NCBI GenBank assembly: GCA_963812155.1
Contig: CAWETW010000003.1
Span: 512,001 to 576,000, forward strand
Length of the DNA stretch: 64,000 bases
Reading direction: 5' to 3'
Origin: Vulcanimicrobiota bacterium
GTDB taxonomy: Bacteria > Vulcanimicrobiota > Vulcanimicrobiia > Vulcanimicrobiales > Vulcanimicrobiaceae
Notes under the pieces: model-generated
Seen by the model: only the letters and a program-made list of their open reading frames with translations
Told to the model about the DNA's origin: nothing
The model's database searches: none
Position numbers and translations under genes: made by a program
In this document: positions 20,092 through 31,901 of the stretch, piece by piece
Numbering within the stretch: position 1 is the stretch's first letter
Layout of the letters: every line of letters starts with the position of its first letter

Positions 20092-23000
20092 TCTACGCGT
20101 GTTGCGACGAGAACCGCAAGGCGGCGATTCTCGGAAATCCCGACGTCAACGGCATCGATTATCTCGAGGTGCTGGATTCCGCGGCGCCGGCCGGCAGTCC
20201 GCGGCAGCAGACGTTGTTCGTGCATTGCCTGAAGCCGGTGTCCTCGATTCTCGCGCCCGGCAACGTGCTCATCCAAGGAGGCGAGAGCATCACGGACATC
20301 GTTGCCGTGTGGGTCGCGCCGGCTTCCGAGCCGCCGCCGGACGCAACGGCGGCGGAAGACGCCTACTTCGCGACGCTCACCGATCCCGCGAATACGCTCG
20401 TCGTCCGCACGAGCGTCGCCGGCGATTTCTCGCCGTACACGCTGCGGCTGGTCAACGACGCATCGCAGGCCTCGGCCGACACGTTCGAAGTCACCGAAGT
20501 GCTGACGAAATTCGATCCGCAGCTCGCCGAGGTTGCGTTTTCGTTCAAGGTCGAGTGCGGACCGGATTTCGATTGCGCGCCGGCCGTTCCGCAGTGTCTC
20601 CCCGATTTGCCCGCGCCGCCGCCGATCAACTACCTCGCGAAAGACTACGGCTCGTTCCGGACCGTGCTGCTCGATCGCCTGGGGCAACTGCTTCCAGGCT
20701 GGCAGGGTTCGAGTGAAGCCGACACCGGCGTCATGCTCGCGGAAGTCGTCGCCTACGCCGCCGACGCGCTGAGTTATCATCAGGACGCCGTCGCTACCGA
20801 AGCCTACGTAGCGACGGCGCGCAGCCGCATATCGCTGCGCAGGCACGCGCTGCTCGTGGACTATCACGTGCACGACGGATGCAACGCTCGCGCCTGGATG
20901 TGTCTCACCGTGACCGCAGACGTCTTCTTGGATCACACGATCACGCGGTTTTACACATTCGCTTCGGGCATGCCGTCGTCGCTCGCCCCCGGCGCGGGCA
21001 ACGAAGAGAAGGCGCTCATCGCCGGCTGCGTCGTGTTCGAGCCGATGCAAGATGCGAATTTGCTACTCGCACACAACCAGCTGCAGTTCTACACGTGGGG
21101 CGATGCGAGTTGCTGTCTGCCCAAAGGCGCAACCGAAGCGACGCTGCTCGGCAGCTTTCCGTTCCTCCAGGTCGGCGACGTCCTGATCTTCGTCGAGGTC
21201 ATGGGACCGCAAACCGGCGTTGCGGCCGACGCCGACATTCGACACCGCTGTGCCGTACGGCTCACGTCGGTCGCAACCACGGACGCGCAAGGCAATCCGT
21301 TGGTCGACCCGCTCTTCGAAGCCGGCTCCGGCGATCCGATCACGTCGCCGCTGCAGCAGCCCACGCCGGTGACGGAGATTCAATGGTCGGTGGAGGATGC
21401 GCTGCCGTTCCCCGTCTGCATCTCGTCGACGTTTCTCGACTCCACCGGGAAGCTGCAAACGCTGACGGCCGTGAGCGTCGTGCGCGGCAACGTCGTGCTT
21501 GCGGATCACGGCTTGACGATGCCCGCGACATCGCTGCCGAACGTTCCCGAACCGACGCTGCGTCGCGCTCCATCGACGAGCGACCGCTGCAATCCATCGG
21601 CGGCGGTGCCCTTCCCGGTGCGCTACCGCCCGCGCATTCCCGACGGGCCGCTGACGCAAGCCGTCGCGCTCGAGATTTCGGGGCAGTCCGGGAGCGTCCG
21701 TTGCCGTGCCGCTGCTCGCCAACGGCTTCGTGAGCCTGACCGACGCGAACGGCTACGTGAGCCTCATGGTCGGCGCCGCCGAGCCGTCGGCGTGGCCGCA
21801 GTATTTCGGCATCGTCGCGACGCCGAACGCGAGCATTCATACCAACTTCGACCTCGCCGTCGTCTTCGATCCGCCCGGCGGGCCCGCCGGTCTCTCCGCG
21901 CCGCCGGTGCTCGAGCTCTTTACGAACCTTACGCTCGATACGACGACCGCGAACTACGCCGTCGCGCAGCTCAACGCGCATTCGCGTTTCGTCAGCGTTC
22001 CGTCTGGATTCACGCCGCCGCCCACAAACCCGACGCTCGGTGCGGCGACCCCGGTGATGCTCGCGAACGTCGGGACGACCGATTTGAAGGATTTCGCCGA
22101 CAGCACCTATCTCACGGTGCAGCCGACGAGTCCGCTTTCGTGGCCGCCGAACTTCGGCGTGCTCGCGCAGGGGTATCTGGAATCGCCGGACTTCTTCAAC
22201 CTCGTGCTCGTCTATCGGCCGCCATCCGGTAACGGCGTCGCAGTGCCGGTGGTCGTCGAGCAGTTCGTCAAAGTATCCTTGGCGACGATCGAGAGCGCGG
22301 TCGCCGCGCCCGGCAATCTGATCGACGTGCTGACCTTCGAAGAAACGCCCAACCCGGCGCTGTCGGCGTTCGCGCTGACGAACTACGATGCAAGCGAAGC
22401 GCTCCCGTCGATCGCGTTGACGAGCCTCTTCGAAGGCGAATCGGCGGCGTGGAACGCGCTCCCCGATTTGCTCGGCTCGGGTCCGGCAGATACGAACTTC
22501 GTGGTCGAGATCGAGTCCGACGGCAGCGCGTTCTTGCGCTTCGGTGACGGCGTCAACGGCGAGGCGCCGGCTTCGGGGACGGCGTTTACTGCGACCTATC
22601 GCATCGGAAACGGCACGGCCGGCAACGTCGGCGCGGAGAGCCTCGTCTATTTTGCCGGCGATCCGCGCATCGCGTCGTGCGCGAATCCGATCGCAGCCGC
22701 AGGCGGCGTGGATCCCGAGACCAACGATCAAATCCGCCGCCGCGCGCCGCAGGCGTTCCGCACGCAAGAACGCGCGGTCACGATGGACGACTATGCGACG
22801 GTCACCGAACAGGGCAGTTCCGCGATCGAGGACGCGGCCGCCGCGCTGCGCTGGACGGGCAGCTGGTATACCGTCTTCATTACCGCCGAGCCGCGAACCG
22901 GCGCAAACCTCAGCGATTCGTTGCGCAAGAGCCTCACGAAATACGTGAACGGCTATCGTCTTGCGGGACAAGACCTGTTGCTCGAGGGGCCTGACTATGT

Positions 23001-23337
23001 TTCGCTCGACGTCCAGCTCACCGTATGCGTCGAGCCGGATTACTTCCAGCGCGACGTGCAGCAGGCGTTGCTCGCCGCCTTCGCGACGCTGTTCTCGTCG
23101 GGCGCATTCGAACTCGGGCAGACGGTCTACCTGAGTCGGCTTTACGCCGTCGCGCGAACCGTCGCCGGCGTCGGGACCGTGGCCGCGACGGTTTTCCAGC
23201 CGCAGGGCGTCGCGACAGATCAGTACTTGCTGGCCGGAGAGATTCCGCTCGGACCGTTTCAAGCGGCGCGCTTGGAGAACGATCCGAGTCTTCCCAATCA
23301 CGGTCAGCTGACGCTTTCGATGGTGGGCGGCAAATGA
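20088..23337 (+). CDS. Baseplate J-like protein 1 (Afp11-like), frameshift near 21690
   Basis: NGIDYLEV, INYLAKDYGSFR, LSYHQDAVATEAY, GNVVLADHG, LRFGDGVNG, YRIGNGTAGNVGA, ERAVTMDDY. Confidence 0.9.
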
Positions 23338-26237
23338 ACGCCGACTGCACGTGCGGATGCTGCGCCGGCATCAGCGTTCAGACCCCGCAAGGCGAAACCA
23401 ATCTGCCCGGCCTGCCGGCGATCGCGTATCGCACCGGAGCGTGGGCGACATTTCGAGAGTCCATGCTGGCGCGGCTTTCGAGCGCCGACTATCCGGCGCT
23501 GGCCGCGCTCAAGACGCGCGACGACGACGATTTCACGATCGCGTTGCTCGACGCGAGCGCGATCGTCTTCGACATTCTGACGTTCTATCAAGAGCGGTTG
23601 GCCAACGAGAGCTATCTGCGCACCGCGACGCAGCTGTATTCGCTGGTTCAGCTCTCGCAGCTCATCGGCTACCAGCCGTCGCCGGGCGTCTCGGCCTCGG
23701 TCTATCTGGCGTTCACGATTCGAGCCGCGACCGGGTTGCCGCCCGATCCGACGACGCCGGCCGTCACGATTCCGGCCGGCACGCAGGTGCAGAGCGTTCC
23801 GAAGCAAGGCGCGGCGCCGCAGTCGTTCGAGACGTCGTCGGACATCTTGGCAAAGGCCGACTGGAACGCGCTGCCGGTGCAGGCCGGCATACCGTGGACG
23901 CCGCAGCCGGGCGACACCTTCGCATACTTGAGTGGCACGGCGACGCAGCTCAATCCCGGCGACGCGATCTTGATCGTCGGCGACGAGCGCATCGGCAATC
24001 CGGCGAGCGAACGGTGGGACCTGCGCATCGTCGAGAGCGTTGCGACCGACGCGGTCAACGCTCGAACGCTCGTCAGGTGGTCGGAGGGCTTGGGCGCGCC
24101 CGGCGTCGTTCCTTCGAGCTCTGATCCCACTTTCTACGCGGTGCGTCAGCGCGCCGCGCTCTTCGGCTACAATGCCGTCAACCCGCTGATGCTTGCGAGT
24201 AAGACCTACAAGGCATTGCAGGGCGCCGGATACATGAACGCAAGCGGACGCGACTGGAAGTTCGGCACCGACACGTCGACCGGCGAGGATCTCGGCGCGC
24301 ACGGCCTCGTCGATCTCGACGCAGCTTACCCCAAGATTACGCCGGGAAACTGGCTCGCGCTGAGCAAACCCGACGCCGACACGTCGCGTTCGCCGTCGGG
24401 CTGGATCGATTTGTATCAAGTGACGGCGATCTCGTCGATGACGCGTTCCGACTACGGGTTGAGCGCAAAGATCAGCCGCGTGACGACCGACGCCTTGGGC
24501 GCCCTGCTTACCGATCTCGATGCCTATTACGATGCTACGCGTTCGGCGTCCGCATTCACGCAGTGCGAGGCGCTGCCGCCGGCAGAACAGCCGTTGGACT
24601 ACCCGCTCTACGGAACGTGCGTCGATCTCACGGTCGTGCGCGACGATCTCGCCGGCGTCGCGGCGATTGCGATCGTGGGCAAGAGCCAGAAGCTCATTGT
24701 AAAACCCGGCGTAGCAACCCTCTCGTTCGTTCCCGACGACGAAACGACACCCGTAACGCTTGCGCCGGGCACGATACTGACCGCGATCGCCCCGCCCAAC
24801 GACTTGAATGCCGACGGCTCGGTTCCGGATTGGGGCAGCGACGACCAGTCGATCACGTTGCGCGTCGCCGACACGCAGGGCCGCACCGGATCGATCGCCT
24901 GCAGCTTGAGCGATTTTACCCTCGCGGCGAGCGCGAGCACGGACCCGGTAACGCAGGAGTGCGCCGTCGTGTCCTCGGTGCAATTCGTGACCGAGCCGTT
25001 CGCGCACACGCGCATCGTGCTGGCGAGTCCGCTGCTCAACTGTTACGACCGCAGCGTCACGGCGGTGAACGCAAACGTCGGCCCGGCGACCGCCGGTGCG
25101 TCGGTTGCCGAGCTGCTCGGAAACGGCTCGGCGACCACGCCGAACCAGACATTCACCCTCAAGCAGTCGCCGCTCACCTACGTTCAAGCGGTTACGCCGA
25201 CGGGACGTCTATCGACGCTCGACGTGACGGTCAACGGCGTGACGTGGGAGCCGCTCGCAACGCTGTACGCCGCCCCGCCCGCGGCGCAAGCCTACACGAC
25301 CGTGAATCTTCCCGGCGGCGGCACGCAGGTCGTCTTCGGTGACGGCGTCGAGGGCGCGACGCTGCCGACCGGACAGAGCAACGTACGGGCGAGTTTTCGG
25401 GTCGGCCTCGGCGCGGCCGGAAACGTCGGACCCGGATCGCTCACGACGCTGGTCAATCGTCCGCTCGGCGTGAGCGCCGTGGCGAATCCGCAGGCAGCAA
25501 CCGGCGGACAAGACGCCGACACGATCGACGACATCCGTAGCGACGCGCCGTTGCCCGTGCTGACGCTCGGACGCGCGGTATCGATCGTGGATTATCAGAA
25601 CTTCGCCGGAACGTTCGCCGGCATCGCCAAGGCCAGCGCGGTCGCGATTCCAAGCGGAGCGTTCAAAGGCGTGTTCATCACGGTCGCCGGCGCCGGCGGA
25701 GCGGCGCTGCCGGCCGGTAACTTGACGCTCGCCAACCTCGTCACGTCGCTTCAGACGTACGGCAACCCGAACGTGGCGCTGTGGGTGCAGTCGTTTCTCG
25801 AGACGACGTTCGCCCTGGAGGCCGACGTCGCGTACGATCCCGCATACCAAGCGACGGCCGTCGAAGCGTCGATCCGCACGCTGCTGACGCAAACGTATGG
25901 TTTCGCCGCGCGCACCTTCGGCCAGGGCGTTTCCGGCGATGAGATCGCCGCGCTCGTCGCCGGCGTTGCCGGCGTGATCGCGGTTAACGTGAAAAGCGTT
26001 TCCGTGGTCGCGACGAGTGCCGCCGGCGACCTCGGCAGTGCGGCATACTCAGTGTCGGCGTACAACGCGTGGCTGTCGCAGGCGCTCCCGACGCCACTGC
26101 CGCGGCCGTGCGCGGGGTTGCCGATGGTGATCTGCCCGTATACGCCGGCACCGTCGCCCGGCGCGTTGCCGCTGCCGGCGGAAATTTTCGTGCTCGATCC
26201 CGATCCGAAACAGCTCGTGCTGGGGGTGATGACATGA
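23334..26237 (+). CDS. Baseplate J-like protein 2
   Basis: DILTFYQERLANESYLRTAT, LIGYQPSPG, LGNG...NQTFTL, VFGDGVEGATLPTG, RAVSIVDY. Confidence 0.9.
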   Translation: MNADCTCGCCAGISVQTPQGETNLPGLPAIAYRTGAWATFRESMLARLSSADYPALAALKTRDDDDFTIALLDASAIVFDILTFYQERLANESYLRTATQLYSLVQLSQLIGYQPSPGVSASVYLAFTIRAATGLPPDPTTPAVTIPAGTQVQSVPKQGAAPQSFETSSDILAKADWNALPVQAGIPWTPQPGDTFAYLSGTATQLNPGDAILIVGDERIGNPASERWDLRIVESVATDAVNARTLVRWSEGLGAPGVVPSSSDPTFYAVRQRAALFGYNAVNPLMLASKTYKALQGAGYMNASGRDWKFGTDTSTGEDLGAHGLVDLDAAYPKITPGNWLALSKPDADTSRSPSGWIDLYQVTAISSMTRSDYGLSAKISRVTTDALGALLTDLDAYYDATRSASAFTQCEALPPAEQPLDYPLYGTCVDLTVVRDDLAGVAAIAIVGKSQKLIVKPGVATLSFVPDDETTPVTLAPGTILTAIAPPNDLNADGSVPDWGSDDQSITLRVADTQGRTGSIACSLSDFTLAASASTDPVTQECAVVSSVQFVTEPFAHTRIVLASPLLNCYDRSVTAVNANVGPATAGASVAELLGNGSATTPNQTFTLKQSPLTYVQAVTPTGRLSTLDVTVNGVTWEPLATLYAAPPAAQAYTTVNLPGGGTQVVFGDGVEGATLPTGQSNVRASFRVGLGAAGNVGPGSLTTLVNRPLGVSAVANPQAATGGQDADTIDDIRSDAPLPVLTLGRAVSIVDYQNFAGTFAGIAKASAVAIPSGAFKGVFITVAGAGGAALPAGNLTLANLVTSLQTYGNPNVALWVQSFLETTFALEADVAYDPAYQATAVEASIRTLLTQTYGFAARTFGQGVSGDEIAALVAGVAGVIAVNVKSVSVVATSAAGDLGSAAYSVSAYNAWLSQALPTPLPRPCAGLPMVICPYTPAPSPGALPLPAEIFVLDPDPKQLVLGVMT

Positions 26238-28381
26238 GCGTCGATCTGTTCGAGCTGCTGCCTGCCGTCTATCGCGTTCGCGACGCGCAGATCGCCGCAT
26301 CGCAGTCGCTGGAGCAAGGCCCGCTGCAATCGTTGCTCGCGCTGATCGGCGAGCAGATCGCCGCGGTCACTTACGACGTCGACCAGCTCTACGACGATCA
26401 GTTCATCGAGACGTGCGCGGCGTGGGTGATTCCGTATATCGGCGACCTCATCGGCTATCAATCCATTCGCGGAATCGCGCCGACCGTCGACAACCCGCGC
26501 GCGGAGGTTGCCGAGACGATCGCGCTTCGCCGCCGTAAGGGAACCGTGCTGGTGATGGAGCAGCTGGCGCGCGACGTCACGGCATGGGGCGCGCACGCGG
26601 TCGAGATGTTCCGCCTGCTCGGCGACACGCAGTATCTCAAACATCCGCGGCTCCAGAATTTCTACGCACCGGATCTGCGATGCTGGCGTAACGGCCTGTA
26701 CGCGGATAGAGCCTTCGATCGCATGGCGCACCGCGTCGACGTTCGCTCGATTTCCGCGCGCCGCGGCCGCTACAACGTTCCGAACGTCGGCATTTACTTG
26801 TGGTCGCTCGGCGCGTACCGCGTCACGAACGGCACGCCGGCGCCTTCGGCGGCCAACGCGCCCGGCAAAGCTGCGTGCTACCGCTTCAATCCGCTGGGCA
26901 TGGACGCTCCGCTGTTTCACCGCGCGACGCCGCAAGGCGAACGCATCGAAGCCACGGCACGCCCGAACAACGTGCCCGACCGCCTTCATCGCCGAGTGCT
27001 CTGCGAAGACCTCGCGAAGGGCGTCGGCGCAACGTATTACGGTCCGAGCGAAAGCCTGGCGCTCGTACTCGACGGTAATCTCGTGAACCCGTACCAACTC
27101 GAAGTCGCGGATCTCTCGGGTCCGGAGGGCAGTTGGAGCAATCTGCCCGCGGCAAACGGTCCATATCTCGCCGCCGTCGACCCCGAGCTCGGACGAATCG
27201 CGCTGCCGCCGGCGGCGGCCGGTTCGGCTGCGCCGCAGCTTACCGTCACCTACTACTACGGCTTCAACGCCGACCTGGGCGGCGGCGAGTACGCGCGCGG
27301 CAATACGTTCGTTGCCGGCGACGCATTGCCGTATCCCGACACGCAGAGCCCACCGCGCTACGGAGACCTTCAAGCAGCGCTGAACTTCGCCGCCGGCGCG
27401 CTCTCGTCGGCCGGCAGCATCGCGATCGAGATTGCGGGAAGCGCATCGATCGCCGTCGCCGGCGACCTCGCCGTGGACGTGCCCGACGCAACGACGCTGG
27501 AACTGCGCGCGGCCGACGGCGCGACGCCGACGCTCTTGCTCGACGGCGAGTTCGTCGTCACCGGAGGCGCGGGGAGCCGCGTCGTCTTCAACGGGTTGCG
27601 CATCGCGGGCGGCACCGGCATGAAGCCGGGATTGCCGTCTCCAGCGGCGCTCGTGCATCTACCGGTGACGCGCTCCGGCGGCTCCGCCAACGCACTGCAG
27701 ACGTTCGCCCTGACGGACTGCACGCTCGTCCCGGGGTGGTCGGTGGAAACGAACGGAACGCCCGCATTCGACGCGCCTGCGCTGATCGTGGAGCCCGTGC
27801 AAACGAATCTCGTCGCCGCTCGCTCGATTCTCGGCGCGATCTTCATCGCTCCCCTTGCAACGGCGAGCCTGACCGATTGTATCCTCGACGCGACGGATCG
27901 CACGAGCACGGCGTACGCGGCTCTCGACGGCGAGGCCGGCGGCGCATTAACCGCGATCGGCTGCACGATCGTCGGAAAGGTGCACGCGACGCTGCTCAGC
28001 CTCGTCTCCGATTCGATCGTCTGGGCGTCGACGGTGACCGGCGACGGCTGGACCTCCGGACTGGTTGCGGATCGCAAGCAGCAGGGCTGCGTGCGCTTCA
28101 GCTTCCTGCCGGTCAATGCCGTCGTTCCGCGGCACTACGAGTGCGTCGAACAGGCTCTCGCGTCGGTGCGGCCGCTGTTTTTCTCGCTGCGCTATGGTGC
28201 GCCGGCGTACGCGAAGCTCTTGGTTTCGACCGACGATGCGATCCGCCGCGGTGCGGACGACGGCGGTGAGATGGGTGTGTATCACTGGCTGCTGGCGCCG
28301 CAGCGCGAGAGCGACCTGCAGATCAGGTTGTTCGAGTATCTTCCGGTTGGCCTCAATTTCGGATTGATCTACCAGACCTAA
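26234..28381 (+). CDS. Baseplate wedge / tail protein I-like (Afp12-like) with C-terminal beta-rich region
   Basis: LFELLPAVYRVRD, LYDDQFIETCAAWVIPYIGDLIG, RAEVAETIALRRRKGT, GADDGGEMG, EYLPVG. Confidence 0.8.
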   Translation: MSVDLFELLPAVYRVRDAQIAASQSLEQGPLQSLLALIGEQIAAVTYDVDQLYDDQFIETCAAWVIPYIGDLIGYQSIRGIAPTVDNPRAEVAETIALRRRKGTVLVMEQLARDVTAWGAHAVEMFRLLGDTQYLKHPRLQNFYAPDLRCWRNGLYADRAFDRMAHRVDVRSISARRGRYNVPNVGIYLWSLGAYRVTNGTPAPSAANAPGKAACYRFNPLGMDAPLFHRATPQGERIEATARPNNVPDRLHRRVLCEDLAKGVGATYYGPSESLALVLDGNLVNPYQLEVADLSGPEGSWSNLPAANGPYLAAVDPELGRIALPPAAAGSAAPQLTVTYYYGFNADLGGGEYARGNTFVAGDALPYPDTQSPPRYGDLQAALNFAAGALSSAGSIAIEIAGSASIAVAGDLAVDVPDATTLELRAADGATPTLLLDGEFVVTGGAGSRVVFNGLRIAGGTGMKPGLPSPAALVHLPVTRSGGSANALQTFALTDCTLVPGWSVETNGTPAFDAPALIVEPVQTNLVAARSILGAIFIAPLATASLTDCILDATDRTSTAYAALDGEAGGALTAIGCTIVGKVHATLLSLVSDSIVWASTVTGDGWTSGLVADRKQQGCVRFSFLPVNAVVPRHYECVEQALASVRPLFFSLRYGAPAYAKLLVSTDDAIRRGADDGGEMGVYHWLLAPQRESDLQIRLFEYLPVGLNFGLIYQT

Positions 28382-28402
28382 TTTGGGTTCGAGGAGCGTT
28401 CC

Positions 28403-31400
28403 ATGAGCTTCGACATCAGCCGATTGACTTTCGATCCCCGCAACGACTACGCCGCGGTCGTGATGGAACAGGGCCGCGTGCAGACCGATGCCGACTGGAA
28501 CGAGTGGCTCGCAGAGTACGCACGCCGCCTGCAGGCCGAAACGCTCGACCTGCTCGGACACGCCGCATATCCCGCAACGACGCCGGACGCGTTTCGCATC
28601 ATCGCTTCGGGCCCGAACACCGTCGCCATCGGCGCGGGACGCATGTATGTGGACGGTCTGTTGGCGGAGAACCACGGCGTGGCCGGCGACGCGACGTGGG
28701 ATCCGGCGCTGGCGGAGATGTCGTGCGCGCCGCAGCCGCCGCCCGCAACCCCGAACACGGTCGATTACACGGAGCAGCCGTATTATCCGCAGGCGCCGCC
28801 GATCTCACCCGCGGACGGACCGTTTCTCGCTTACCTCGACCTGTGGACGCGCCCCGTGAACGCGCTGCAGGACGCGCGCCTCATCGACGCCGGGATCGGG
28901 CTCGAAACGAGCGGCCGGCTGCAGACGGTGTGGCAAGTGAAGATGATGCCAGCCGACGGTGCGACGTGTGCGACGCCCGATTCGCAGATACCGTATCCGG
29001 CGCCATCGGCGGGATTGCTGACCACGAACGTCGTGCCCAACACGGCGTCGGGGCCATGCTGCATCGCGACGAACACCGGCTATACGGGACCCGAGAATCA
29101 GTGTTATCTCGTCGAGATCCAAAACCAGGGCATCGCGAGCGACACGGCCGGCACGACGGGTGCCACGTTCAAGTGGTCGCGCGAGAACGGCTCGGTTCAA
29201 ACCGGCGTGACTTCGATTGCGAACGGCACCAATACGCTCGGCGATCCCGCGACAGTGCTCGCGGTCGAGAGCTTGGGACGCGACCAAGTGCTGGGTTTCA
29301 AACCCGGCGATTGGGTCGAGATCACCGACGAGGTGCACGTACTCGGTGGAGTTTCCGGCGAGCTCAATCAGATCGACCAGATCGACGTCGCGAGCCGGAC
29401 GATCACGTTGACCGGACAGAGCAGTTTCCCAATCGGGACGCCCGATGCGGCGCTATGCACGCGCATCGTGCGCTGGGATCAGTCCGGCAAGGTGTACGAG
29501 AGCGATTTGAGCACGGTATGGTGGGATCTCGATGCCGTGCCGGCCGGATCGACGCCCGGTGCCATTCCCGTTCCGCTTTCCGACACGACGCTCGTGCTCG
29601 AGAACGGCGTTACGGTAACGTTCGGCACCTCTTCCGGCGGCGGCGGCTTCAATGCCGGCGACTACTGGAGCTTCGCCGCGCGTACCGACGGCTCGATCGA
29701 TCTTCTCACCGATGCGCCGCCGTTGGGCCCGCATCACCATTACGCGAAGCTCTCCATCGTCGACTTCAGCTCGAGCAGCGCGTCCGACTGTCGCACAAAA
29801 TTCCCCACGCCGTCCCGGAGAAGCGGCATGCGGCTGCTGCACCTGCACCGTCGGCGTGGAGGGCAGCGGCGCCGATTTTACCTCGATCCAGAAGGCCGTG
29901 GATTCCGTCCCCGTCACCGGCGGCGAAGTCTGCATTCTGCCAGGCCGCTACTTCGAACGCGTGGTCGTGCACAATCGAAAGGACCTCGTGATTCGCGGAT
30001 GCGGAGCGGGGACGCGCATCGCGTCAACCGCGTTTCACAAGGATCCCAGGGAGCAAGAGTCGTCGAAGAAGACGCCGGCGCAGAGCGGGTTCGCCGCCGT
30101 GATTACCATCACGGACTCCGAGCACGTGACGCTGACGTCGTTTTGCGTGGAGGCCGGCGACGACGAGGCCGGGATTCTGCTCGACCGCAGCTCCGGCGAG
30201 GAGCTCTTCGGATTCTCGGACGTCGACGTGACGATCGAGGACCTGACGGTCACGGCTTCGACGCTGCCGGCGATCCTCGCGCGCAGCGCCGAGCTGCTCA
30301 CGATCGACGACAACCGCATCGCGATGAAGGACGTCTGGAGCGATTGGCCGGCCGTCTACGTCAGCGGCAGGGAGATTCACGTCGACCGCAACTGGATCGG
30401 GCCGATCAGCGCGGCGTCGGAAAAAATGTGGCTGCCGAGCAGCGTAGCCGGGGATCTCGGCGTCAAAGAAGAGTCGCGCGTGTTCGCGACGGTCGTAGAA
30501 AAGCGTGGGCCGGGCGGCATCCAAATCGCAGGGCCGTCCGTCGACGTGTACGTCATCGAGAACGAGATCGAGTTCGCCGCGCGCAACGGCATCACGCTGG
30601 GCAGTATCGACGTTGTCGACGGGAACGGCGACGTCACCGGGCGCGTGACGGGCGTCGTGTTTACGGAACAGGGCGAGTGCACGAAGACGCGCACGCTGCA
30701 GATTCCCATCGGCCAAGCGCCGCACGGCGGCTCCTACGTGGCCGGCGGCCGGCTCGCCGACATTCACATCGAGCGCAACCGGATTCGCGACGTGGGATTG
30801 TGCGGCATCGGCCCGGTTGCGTTCTTCGATCTCGAAAAGACCGCCGAAGCGATCGGCGTGATTAATCTCACCATTCGAGGGAACGAAATCGATCGCTCGG
30901 TCACGCTGCCGCTCGATCCGTACGCGAGCAAAAGGGCGGCCTTTCTCTACGCCGCGATCTGCGTTCCCGACGTCGAGAACCTCGTCATCGAGGATAACGC
31001 CGTTACGGACTTCGGCGAGCAGCCCGGAGCACCGCAGGTCTGCGGCATCTTCGCCCTCAACGCCGAAACGTCGATCGTCAGCCGCAACGAAATTCTCGAG
31101 ACGCGCGACTGGTCGTTCGGCCACTGGCCCGACGCCGAAGGCGACGATTCGTCGCGCGGCGGGATCGTCGTACTGCTGGCGTTGCCGCCGAGCGCCGGCA
31201 GCGCGTATGCCATGCAGCTGAGCGCGCCGGCGCTCGTTCAGGGCGTGCCCGCATTGCGCGTGGAACACAACGTCGTTCGCGTCGCGCTCGGCAACGCGCT
31301 CGAGGCATTCGGCTTGGGCCCGTTCGCGATCGCCAACAACCATTTGAGCACCGGCGGCGGGGTCGTGATCCGCGAGCGCGTGGCGGCTGCCGCGGTGACG

Positions 31401-31889
31401 ATTATGAACCTCGGCATCTCGCTCGAACTGACGAGCATGGCCGGCGGATACAAGACGCTGTACGGTTCGACCGAACTGCCCCAGCAAGGGCCGACGGATC
31501 TGGCGCGCTCCAACGGAACGGTGCTGTTTACCGGAAACGTCTGTCAGCTGGTCGCGCAGAGGGATCGCGAACGCGGATTCGCGTCGGTCGCGATCGTGAG
31601 CCTCGACGACGTGCTGTTCGCTAACAACGTCTGCTGGCTCGACGGCGCCCAACTGACGGCGTTCCTCGACGCCTTCCTGCTCGCGGTCAGCATTCAGGTG
31701 GTGGGGAACCGCTTTCAGGAGTCGGTCGATTCTGTGCTGGCATCCGGTTTGACCGTCGGGAAGCTAAACCTGACGTCGCAGAATCTCTCGACCTATTGCC
31801 TCTTCGCGCTGCCGCAGATGCTTCCGGGAGCGTTGAACGTGTCATGGGTGCCCGATCAGCTCTGCGAAGAACTTCAAAAACGTCTATAA
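28403..31889 (+). CDS. DUF6519 protein with C-terminal right-handed beta-helix (candidate fibre/receptor-binding protein), frameshift near 29815
   Basis: DISRLTFDP...QGRVQTDADWNE, GRMYVDG, FKWSRENGS, GDYWSFAAR, HHHYAKL; then SIQKAVD..GGEVCILPGRY and repeated IxxNxI strands. Confidence 0.85.
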
Positions 31890-31901
31890 AGGAATGTACC
31901 G

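Noticed and set aside
7176..31889. Prophage or T6SS
   Set aside because: No capsid, portal, terminase, integrase or replication genes and no TssJLM/ClpV; DUF4255, Afp15-type ATPase and DUF4157 point to eCIS.
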